A DNA stretch of 64,000 bases from Nageia nagi. Taxonomy: Eukaryota; Plantae; Pinophyta. Below the pieces are notes generated by a model. It was not told the DNA's origin, did not search any database, and saw nothing but the letters and a program-made list of their open reading frames with translations. Within the stretch, counting starts at the first letter, position 1. Each line of letters starts with the position of its first letter. The stretch lies in the NCBI GenBank assembly GCA_050084985.1, contig JBITNC010000001.1, positions 204,476,001 to 204,540,000 on the forward strand. The letters are read 5' to 3'. Positions 41,001-53,000 of the stretch are shown piece by piece. The position numbers and the translations under genes are program-made.

Positions 41001-42962
41001 TTAGAAGTCCTAAAATAAGCATATTTTTAACTTGATTACGTTGGTCAAAATTTCTTGGATAGATATAGAAGAGATGTCTACATGAAGCTACTTCAAAAAC
41101 CTCCTTCTACGCTGATTGCTTATTTTCTTGATTTACCAAGAGAAATGTAATTAGTAATAGCTATGAAATATTTTAAAAACCATACATTAAATGCTTAGGA
41201 ATTGAAAATAAATGATTCAAAAATTGTAATTGAATTTAGAGCATAGGAAATATGGACCGAACAAGAGTATGAAATTAGTTCATTACAATAGTTCCATTTA
41301 CATTAGCCTTACGATAAACCCAAAATTTTGATAGAGTATGTTAAAGATGTTAATATCAAATTTATGGGATGTTCTTTCACCTTGACTTCAATTATTTTCT
41401 GATCAAGTATTATCATATCTCATGCCATCTTTCACGAATGATGAAATTGTATATAGTTATAGTTCATTATTTAGTAATAATTATTATGTAAATAATCCTA
41501 TAAATGTAAAAATATGATTTGAATGAATTATTAAATGCCTCAATGAAAGAAAATTAATTAACAAATCTATTCAAAAATGTTGTCTAAAGAATATTGATAG
41601 TAGGATTACCATCGTCACTATAGAGAGTCTCATCCCATAATTCTTGTTATCAACCTCTCTACTACCACCGATACCACCACCACCTATTTTGTTATTCCCT
41701 TCATATATACCTTGCTTTTTTATGCTCCCTAAGGTACATAATGAAGCATCAACTTCATCTATGGAACCTAAGAGAGTCATTAGAAAGTTCAAGCCAAAAT
41801 ATAGGATATCACCCATGATCATACATCCATCACTTATTTCATATCCCATTCACTTCCAACCATCCATTCTAGGACAAGGTCCTCTTCACCTTTGATTGAG
41901 ACCTCCTTACTATTACCACTTCAGCTATGGATGTTGGGTCACTCATAAAAAATCCATATGAAAACACCATTCAAGGATTTTAAATCATTTTGTGTCATGT
42001 TAAACTAAAATAAAAATATTAAAAAATAAAAATCACAAAAATTTAATTTCTTGTACATATGTGTTGTATATATATCACTTGAGATCTTTGCATGCATATT
42101 AGTTATTTTTCATGCAAATAAAATAGTTATATAATATGTTTAAATAACTTTCTTCAATCTCTGAAGTTTGCATATAATATTGTAGGTGGTCAGTTGTGTT
42201 CAACACACATACATCATGAGTCATCCTCATTATGTTTCTAAACCCACAAACCAATACATAGTTTATACGTATTACATTCCATCCATCCCTTAGGATTTTT
42301 CTTCCTTTCACACCCCACATTCACCTTATACATTCCCTAGATCTCATATAGAGAGTCACACCCCATCACTAGATATAGATACATACCATTTTCATGATTT
42401 TCCCGATGGTGCTCAACATAAAATCCTATCTATAGTAGCATTTTTAAGTATTTTGGATAGATTTTATCACAACTATCATACTCTCAAAAGTTCCTTTTGG
42501 TTGAGCATCACCATTAATCATGAACCATGTTGGGTAACTTGCTTAATTTATGATATACCTGATGAAGAGTTTCTCCAAAACCTCATTTGCTTATTTTCTA
42601 GACCAAACTTCATATGGAGGATTACAATCAATGCTCATGTTAATACATTCTTATGTCAACTCATTATATTTTGTGGCCCACCATCATTACACATTCATGA
42701 GTCATTCAACATACTTGCCATTGCCCATGTAATAGCATAAAATATTTTCTATTGGGATTCTATATTTTTTGTTTCTATCACCCATCATACAACACACTAG
42801 TATGTAAATCATGCCATTCATATGCCATGTCATTTTCACCCCATCCCTCATAATCAGTTATTGTAATCCTTCATACAACATGGATTCAATCACAAAGAGT
42901 CAGATGAGGACTAAATAATATTCTCAAAATCTAAAAATTTTCAAAGATCATAAAAAATAAAA

Positions 42963-42965
<3 letters not shown>

Positions 42966-42998
<33 letters not shown>
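42966..42998. repeat. (AT)n microsatellite, ~16 units
   Basis: Directly visible. Confidence 0.95.
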
Positions 42999-43003
<5 letters not shown>

Positions 43004-44765
43004 TCAAAAATTATATTTCTAAAGTGTCTTGGCTATTGTGTGCACTTTCCTATGTGTCCATACGATACCATTGTGTTCATTCTATTACATCTATTACTTC
43101 CATCATCATAAAAATATTAAATATCAAACATGATGATTCTAGTAACTTACCAACTTATATATACAAACTATACATCCATCCATATATTACTCATACATAT
43201 AGCTATACATACAAATAAATAAATAGCTCATGAATATAATATTCATATTTGATTTTGTTAAAATATCTTCTGTAAAACTTTTGAAACTATGGATGATAAA
43301 CAAACATATTCTTGATACAATTTTTCAGGATATTATGAACTCATACACTTTAGAACATTTTAAAATATTGAAACAATAAAAAATAAGATGTTACTTGAGC
43401 ATAATTTCAAGTGATTATTCTCTCTATTATTTTGCTTCATCCAAAACCCAAGATATAGGAAAAGAAAAAAGAGATAGAAAGAAAATAGAGTTAGAAAGAA
43501 AAAAGAGATAAAGAAAATAGAGTTAGAAAGAAAAAAGAGACAAATAAAAAAGATTCAAAAAATATTTAAAAGAAAGAGTTAGAATTCTTGAGTGATCACA
43601 ATACGTCTATTGGGGGCTATGGATGCCTGATTGACAATAGAGTAAGGCTATAATGGGATCTAGGGGTTAGTCTTCATCGGGGCTATGGACATCCATCTAG
43701 TAGTGAGGTATATCTTACAAAGTGGAGATATGTCTAGTATTTATGATGGACCTCTATACATTTCATACAAATGAATCAACTCACATATTAAGTTTATGAT
43801 CATAAAAAGAAGAAAATGAACATCATTTCATACATGAGTTCATAGTAAACTTAGGTGTATTATGACATTGTTTTAAACCATCCCTAGTAGATGAAACCAA
43901 AACAAAAGATTGTTTGATGAAGTTAATTTGAATATATTATTCAATACACTTCTTTATCATATTATACATTTCACTCCATGATATATATATTATTATTATG
44001 ATCTTGGTAGGTTATTAGAATGTTATGTTTGACATTCAGATAGTTTATATACCATTCATTCATGTCCATTATCCATGAGTATACATTTACTATTCAATAC
44101 ATCCATAATTCATGTTGTTTATAGTATTCTATATATGTATGTCATCCCATTATTTGTATCCAAAACTATATGTATAAATAGCCAAGATTGAAAAATGATG
44201 ATATCTGATTTCATACTATTTTAAATAAAATATTTTCTTGATTATAAGTATGTCATTATATGAGTTTAATGATGAAATTAATAATAAATTAAATTGTTAA
44301 CATTACACCATCCATCAATTATAAACCATATCATATAGTAACAATACATCCATCAAAGTAATAAGAAGTAACATTATACTAGGATAATGTAAACCAATAT
44401 TAACATTCCATCAACTTATAATATAATAACAAAATCAAATATAATGTCTAAACATTCACATATAGAGAATCTCAAGTCTATCATTCATTAAAAATAATAC
44501 ATGATATTATTTAGAAAAGTAATAACTCATCAAATCATCATCATAATAAGAGTAACCATAAGTATGAGCATAAAAATATATCATCATCTATTTATCAAAA
44601 AATAATCATATAATCCACCACCTGATCATCACATAACATCCATCCAATGAAATCAATCATGATCACCATGATACAAAATGAATATAAAATATCAATATCA
44701 GTGAATGTAAGTCCATAACATGATATAAATAGTCTAATAACAAAATAATATAAATGGCTAAGTGC

Positions 44766-47143
44766 TTAATCCTCAAGGGCATCCTCATACTCACTACCCT
44801 CACAACTAGCATGACCATTAGTCTCACTTATCTTTTGTCTCTTTTCATTGAAGGACTACCCACACTCCTCTCTCATCTTTCTACTCAAAGCTTTGATAAT
44901 GCATGCCTATGGTGAGAAGAAGTAGCGGTAACACTCTTGCTAGGAGAAACCATAGCCCTGCCTCTACCTCTCTATGCATTGGTACCACCCTATGTCCCAT
45001 TAACTGTCATGGAAGGAAGTGTATGAATATCCAAAGGAATATATCTTGAAGTAGGGATAGGATAATCTAAATTGGGTGCATGTACAGGAATACCCACTAC
45101 ACAAGTGTTAGTAATCCCAAGGTAATAGTCCCTCTACCTGCATATATCTTTGATAAAAGTATATGAGTGTCTCTCCACACCTACTACAATGCCCTTTGTG
45201 CCTATCTGATGCTATAAGGACTAAACCATATCCTGAGCTGCATCTCTATTGCACCTACACCTATCACAATCTACCCTATATCTAAGCCTATCCTCCTCAA
45301 AATTCCTAATATGGTAAATATGAGCTCGAAAGTACTCATTATACTTATGTGACTAATCAAGTAATGTTTGAGATTACCTATGTAAAAACTTAAGCTCCTT
45401 AGTATCACTAAAAAAAGAGTCATAACTACAAATATGAGGGGCTTCTCCCTTCTCCTCTTGAACTCCCTCATCATGAGGGACATCCTCCTCTACCTATACC
45501 TTTTAAATATCTTTTATATGAACCATATCGATATTACACCCCTCCTCCATGCCAGAACCTACACTAGGATCCTCCACCATTTGCTACACTCGATGACCCT
45601 AGTTTTTTGTATCGACCTGCTCAAGTTTTACCTATCACCAAGAAGAAAAAATATCTATAACCCTAATATCATCTGCATCTACCTCCTCATTGATATCTTC
45701 ATCACCTATAGGATTGGCCCAGTATAAACTAAAGGCTCAAGATCCTCCATGGGAAGGGTTCCCTCTCTCTTATACCTCACAGACTTTGGAAAAATATCCT
45801 ATATAAGACCAAACATGTGCCTAACATGCTTAAGTTGAAAATAATCCAAAACTTCTATTAGATAACCATTGAGAAACCTAGCTTTCCTGATTCTTGCAAG
45901 CTCCACCTCTATCTTATCCCACATTGGGTATAGGTAATAGGATAAAAACTTAACATGGTCATTCATAAGCTGGCTAAGAATCTCATGGTATAAATGATTA
46001 TCTCTATGAAATTCATCAGTAATATGGATGTAAAATTCCTCCCTCCATCTCAAAATGCTAGTTAGATACTATGCATGATCTATAAAAACCAAGAATGGGA
46101 AGACCATGAAGATGTGCAATGATAATATGCTCATAATCCCATGCCTGTAGGGTGATACTCATCGATAAAGAATTTCTAGACCCTGTGAATAAAAGAATAA
46201 CTCCCTATAGCACTAAGCTAACAAAGTGGGAGCCTAAGAAAAGATGGTACTATACTGCATCATGTCTATAACAATGGGAAGTAATGACCATGGGAATTGA
46301 CCACTACTTGTGTTAGGAAAAGCATAGCACTAGATCATGGCCATCAAGAAGGGGTACTTGATGCTCCCTTATTGAGCCTCATGCCAATACTAAAAGCATT
46401 TAAATCCACCTAATATGATCTCATATATAATATCAAAAACTCAATTGAATCATACAATTAAGAGATAGTGGGTCTAACATCATCCCTATCTACAATGTGT
46501 TGAATCTGCTAGCCATGAATGGGAAAGTGATAAAGATGATGGATGTACTTCACTATGATATCTCCTATCAAGAGATGGAAAGTAGAAGTGGTGGAGTCCC
46601 ACCTCTCTAGCAAGGCTACCATGAGAGGGTACTCCCAATTAACATGAACAATGTAGGGTCCAACTTCAAAACCCATGCTCTAAAAAAAGGTGTGGTCCAT
46701 GGTAGTAAGAAATGGACATCCCTCTTGTAGTATGGTGGGATAATGAACTCTAGGGTTGAAATATCTTGAACCTAGAAAGAATATTAAATTAAACTAAGTA
46801 AAAAAAATTACTTAAAGGACAAATGCCAATTATTAGAAAAATAAGTTGCAGAATCATCAATGTTCATCAGCTAAATGCAAGCAATTCTAAAACCATTCAG
46901 CTTTGGCTAACAACCATGGTAGGGAAATCCAAAAAATAATAAAACATTAAAATATAGCCTAAAATCAAAGTCTAAACAAACACAAATATGCTAAATGTAA
47001 AAATAATCATCCTTATGGTTTTTTTTGTTTAATTTAAGCCCTAAAATTAGCCTATTAAGAAAAAAATTAAAAAGAGGGTTTGAAAACCCTACCTCTTCTT
47101 TGATTGACCTCATTTGAACAATTGGTCTCATCCTCAGTGGCAT
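44766..47143 (-). pseudogene. Antisense plant mobile domain (PMD, aminotransferase-like) gene of element D, probably spliced
   Basis: LMVALLERWDSTTSTFHL (~46575-46630), FS(W)APTLLA.CYREL (~46200-46243) and HVRHMFG (~45810) match PMD motifs ALVERW.PET.TFHL, YSWG.AVLA.LYR.L and RV.RQFG. Putative 17-codon exon 47143-47093 with GT donor; AG acceptor at 46773-46772. Confidence 0.75.
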
Positions 47144-48472
47144 GCTAACTCACAAAAAATGATATGGTGGCTAAATAGGTGATCAATCGTGGAAAAGGTA
47201 CAATAGGTCAATAGGAGCTTAGAAAAATAGTAAAAGATAAATGAGAAAATGAAAACTCAATTTTTATTTTTTATTCAACTTGCAACCTCAAACACTGAAA
47301 ACATTTGATTGGACATTGGTGATCGATATGGAATGCTAGCAACTAGTACCAAACATTAGCGACCCTTAAAAATTTAAAATTTTCAAAAATTAAACAAAAA
47401 ATATAAATTTTGTAAGCCCTTCTTTTGGCATATTATCATAAGTTTTAGACAAGGAAATATAAAAACATATGAATATACCAATATATGTACACAAATTCTT
47501 AAAACCCTCTTTTGGTGTTTTATCATGAATCCTTGATGAGGCAACAATATGTATCAAGAACAAAATGAGCAAGCCTCCTATTTGTTAAATTGACCAAAGT
47601 AACATATCTAAAAGAGATTGAATATCACAAATTATTCAAGCTTTGATAAATTGAATATGATTTAAATGACCTTTTACACAAGATCATTATGTAAGCTCTC
47701 TATTGGTACAAAGAGCGGTAAAATCAAATCAACTATATACACAAGACAAGCTTACTATCATATACTTGCTTAGGTATAGAGATGAACTAGTCTCATCATG
47801 AAACTAACACAAACAACATACAGTATGGAGATTAGTCATAAGTGACATTTTGATGTACACCATAAATGCTAAAAAAACACATCAAGTGTAAAATATTATA
47901 AAATAATTTAGTCATGATTTGACCCATCAAGTTTGACTTATTCAAGAGATTAAGTCAATTTAAAACATTGACCCAAGAGTCGAACACACAAGTTAGGAGA
48001 TAAAAAATACACAATCTTTAAGACCTTCTAATATCTTGTTATGAGTTTTAGATGAGGAAATATTACAAAAATATCCCTTCATGAGTCCTTGATGGGATAA
48101 TCATCTTTTATACCCCTCATCATGAATCTTTAAAAAAAATGAAAAAAAATATCAAAGATAAAATGAGCAAGCCTCTTACTTATCACTTCGACCAACATAA
48201 AATATTTTGGAAAAAATAATACTTATAAGTGATCTAAAATTTGAAAACTTAAACATGACTAAATACATAGTATGAAATTTTGTGCAACATCATCATGTAA
48301 CTCCATAATTAGGATAAAGAACAAAATAATCAAATCAATTGTATTTGTAAAATAGACTTTTTATCACATACTATCTTATACATATAGAGACAATCTAGAG
48401 CATCGTCACATACCTACCACATAACAACATTCGGTATAGTAATACACACAAGTTTCACTTTGATAATACAAC

Positions 48473-49054
48473 AATACTATTTTCAAAATACTACAGTATA
48501 CATCTGAAATATACTAGTTATTATAGTAGTAAATAATGTACCTTATTAGATTTGATAGTTTCAATGACATACTACATCTTGCACAATCATTAAAAGCATA
48601 ATCATCATATGAATGATGTCAAGGTTCCTTACTTTAGCACATTGTTGACAACATGAACCATTAAGAACTAGATGCGTAAATAATAAAAAAAATGTGATGA
48701 AGGGATAATAATAGATCAATCCATGGGTGGTGTTACAAAATACCATTGTTATTCATAAGTAAGATAGGCATGAAGTATATTATTTGGTTGGTGATAATAT
48801 GCTCATATGTCAATCTTTATCTTTGATATTCTTTTATAACCACATATAGATCTTTTTCTTGTCTTGGTATCATCATACATTACATAGTCAAAGATGCCTT
48901 TATGGGAATTTGATACCACTTATATTGTTTAGTGGTCTTATTACATTAAATATAATGCCTTGGGTATATTTTAACACTTTGTTTACAACAAAAATCTCCT
49001 GATGCTATAAAAATGAATTATTAATAAATGAGAATTTATTTTTAAGTGTCTACA
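48473..49054 (-). repeat. Element F 3' LTR (truncated)
   Basis: Aligns with ~57115-57708. Confidence 0.85.
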
Positions 49055-49514
49055 TTTTGCCCCTCTTTGGAGGTGTAATTAAATTCATTGAGTTACATAT
49101 CCAAAGAAGAATAGTATAAATGTTTTTTGAAAACTTTGAACTCTTTATTGAAAAATATGATCTTCTAATGTAGGCACCTTCTCTACCCTCTTTTGATTTA
49201 GTTTCCCCAAGAATAATCTCCTTTGCTGGTGCAGCCAAGTCAAAATACCTTAACACTTTACCCCTTTTTATACTTTAGTATATACTAAATTGCTCCTTTA
49301 TCTATGAGGTCTGACATCTTAATTACCATATTTGGATATAAAGGAGGATCATTTTGGCATTCACACTCTTTTTTAGGTGTAACAAATAATGATGATGATG
49401 CATCATCTTTGCTTTCATGGCATGGGTGCTTCAAAACCTTTGAATTTTTTTTGAGCTATAAACAAAAACCATATTAGAAAATGCCCTATGATAGAATATT
49501 GCATTAAAAATATA

Positions 49515-49878
49515 GTAGCATTTGTGGATACATAGTGAAATGCATAATTCATTAGGTATGAGCCAATGTCAACATTCTTACTTATAATTGAATCATTAGT
49601 TTATATTTGAGTGAACAATCATTAGTTGTATCATTGGCCATCGATGATGAAGCATTTTATATCCCTAATCCAAAGATATTATGCTTTTAAAGATGCAAGC
49701 ATAACCATTTTAGATACATAGTAAGGTGTATCATCCATTGGGTATGAATCACTATCCACTTCCTTACTTACGGTTGCATCATCAGTTTACATTTAGGTGA
49801 CTGAACTCTTACTAGTTGTATCATTGGCCATTAATGATCAGTCATTTTATTTCCCTGATATGATGATATTATGTTTGC
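49515..49878. repeat. Two diverged ~185-bp tandem units in F's 3' UTR
   Basis: gatacatagt...tagttgtatcattggccat...gatattatg occurs twice. Confidence 0.7.
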
Positions 49879-50056
49879 CATCTTTTTATATTTTTATTTT
49901 AATATAAAGTACATTATGCTAGCATTAGGAAAGCAAAAAATATGGTGCCTATGTCATTTTAAAATATAAAATAGAACTTGAAATTAAAATTACACATAAT
50001 ATACATGTACCTAAGTAGGGTTCATCATTAAGTTTTGAGGTACAAACACATGCTCT

Positions 50057-53000
50057 TCATGCATATAACCATTTAATATGGGTGGCATTAAAGGTTTTTT
50101 ATCCTTCTTTGTTATCCATTGAAGATAATTTGTATGCACCTGATCCTATAGCTTCCACAACAACAAAAGGTCCCAACCAATTTGGTCAAAAATTTTCTTT
50201 TACCTCATTGTTTACAAAAGTCTTATTGATGTTTTCTTTTAGGACTAATTCTCGCACTTGAAACATCTTTGGATTTTTTCTTTTTTTTGAAAGCTCTTTT
50301 TAACATTCTATGATATGCTTTTTGGTGTTTAATAACATGAATTATTTTTTCATCAAGAGCTTCTAATTGATACAATCTTACTTTTCTAACATCTTCATTG
50401 TGTATATCTCCTTGTAATTATATTCTTAAAGATGGAATTTCAAGTTCTAATGGTACAACTACTTCATCACTATAAAATAACGAGAATGGAGTTACCCATG
50501 TTGCTATTCTCACACTTGTTCTATAAGCCCATAATGCATTGGGTAATTATTTATGTTAATGTCTTTTGTATCCATCCCATGCTTTTAATAGTATGCTCTT
50601 TATTATTTTATTTAATGCCTCTACCTTTCCATTTCCTTATGGGTAATAAATTTAACAAAACTTTCTATCAATATAAAACTTTTTGCAAAAAGCTTTCATA
50701 TCTTTTCCTTTAAACTTTGACCCATTATCCATTATTCGCTATTGAAGGACACAAAATCTTGTTATAATGTTCTTAATTAAGAACTTTATAATATTTTCTT
50801 ATGTTATTGACTTAATTAGGATTGCTTCTACTCATTTCATTGTATATTAAGTTGTTGTAATGATGTGCCTCTCTCTAGACTATGTATTTATTAATCCTAT
50901 TAACTCAATACCCCAAATTGTAAATGGCTATGGTGATACTATTGAGTGGAGCTCCTGTATTAGTTTTTTTCAATATTTGTATGTTTTTGGCATTATAAAC
51001 AAGTTCTAACATGATCCTTGTAATATTATTCCATTGGAGGCCAAATAATATCATATTCTTAAGATTTTTGTATATAATGCCTTTACATAAAAATGTCCCC
51101 CACATATGCCTTCATTTTCCTACTATAATGCTTCTTATATTTCATAATGTGTTAACCATATTAAGAGGGATCCATAAAATTATATTCTATATAATATATC
51201 CCCAATGATGACATACTTAAATGTTTTCCTATTTAGCCTCACTTTCTCATTTCTATCAAATTTTTTTGGAATAATATGATCTTTGAGATAATTGTAAACA
51301 TCTGCATACCATTCTAGAGAAATCCCTTCATGTGAAACATAATAAAATTCCACCTCTACTATTTCATATGAACAATATGGCTAACCTAATTTTTTGATTT
51401 TGAGAATTATCTCTTCATCCTCTATATCAATAGGCATTAAAGAAGCAACACTTGCCATTTCATCAACATACCTATTATTTGTCCTTAGAATATTCTCAAT
51501 TGTATACTTGTAAAAATGAATTAATATATCAACAAATGCATCTTTATATGGTTTAATATTTTATTCATTTATGTTATAAACATTTTCAACCTAGTTAACT
51601 ACAAGCTTTGAATCCCTATATATCTTTAATTCTCTAATTTTTAACACTACAGCTACCCTTAATCCTAACAATAATACTTCATATTCTACCATGTTGTTTG
51701 TACACTCAAACCCAAGTTTCTATGCCATTGGAATTATGTGATTGGTTAGAGATACCAATACAATACCTTCTCCTACCCCATATGTACATTTTGAACCATC
51801 AAAATATAACATCCAAATATTTGGTTCATCCTCCATGTAACAAACAAATTCATTAGGGATCCCCCATTAATCACCATAATGATGAGGACATGTACCACCA
51901 CGTTGCCCATACTACAAAGGAGGTGTATATTGATCATAATCATCTAGGAACACTTCATGCACAATTACCCCATCATTTTGAGGGAACTTTACCATCAAGT
52001 CTGCTATCTCTTGGACCTTTATTGACTTTTTCTTCACTACATTGATATCAAATTCTTGCAACAACATTAACCATTTTGCTAGTCTTCTTGACAAATGTTG
52101 TTTATCTATGAGATATTTCAATGGATTTACTATACTAATAACATATGTAGTACAATATAACAACTATTGTCTCAACTTTTTTGTTGCAAAAACTATACCA
52201 AAACAAAGTTTTTCCATGGGAGTGTACCTTTTTTCATATTCAATGAGAGCTTTGTTGAAGTAATAAATTACTCTTTCTTTCTTTTCATCATGTTGCTGAT
52301 ATAACATTTCCCCCAATGTAATTATTATGGTTGAGATATAGAGATATGCTTCCTTACTAAATCCATTGGTACTAAAATAGGAGGATTAAGCAAATATTGC
52401 TTTATATCCACAAATTCTTTTTGACATTTATCATTCCATATAAACTTAATCTATTTTTTCAACAAATGAGTAAAAGGAAAATATTTAACTCTAAGTTGTG
52501 AAATAAATCTACTTACCAAATTTATCTTACCTTTCAAGCTCCTTAATTACTTCAAATTTTTGGGAGGTGGCATACTTACAATTGCATTTATCTTCTTGTT
52601 ATCCACCTCAATACCTCTTCTAGAAACCATAAACCCTAGTAGTTTTCCTAAAGTAATAAAAAAGGAACACTTTTATGGTTTTAATATGAGCTTATATTTA
52701 TTTAGGATACTAAATACCTCTTTAATCAGTTCCAAATGATAATGTTTTTATTTAGACTTTACCAATATATCATCAACATAAACTTCTACATACTTATGAA
52801 TTTGTTCATGAAACATAATAATCGTTATACATTGATAAGTTGCACCTGCATTTTTTAGTCTAAATAGCATAACTTTCCAATAAAAATTTCCTTATGGTGT
52901 AGTAAAGGTTATTTTATGCTGATTAGCTAGATTAATTAAAATTTGATTGTAACCAAAGAAACCATCCATAAAAGATAATGTATCATGACTAGCAACGCTA

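Larger units (their letters stand above)
13749..48470 (+). mobile_element. Element D: Tat/Ogre-type Ty3/gypsy retrotransposon with long 3' accessory region, interrupted by a LINE-like insertion and by element E; 3' LTR missing
   Basis: 5' LTR tgtagacacc...aataca 13749-14682; non-Met PBS tggtgctagaaggaggg 14686-14702; gag-PR-RT-RH-aRH-INT order. The right boundary is inferred. Confidence 0.65.

Noticed and set aside
47520-48100. Hammerhead ribozyme cores (tgatgag motifs)
   Set aside because: No intact CUGANGA...GAAA with supporting stems.
49368-49384. Extra LTR terminus (ttttttaggtgtaaca)
   Set aside because: No adjacent PPT/PBS or further LTR similarity.
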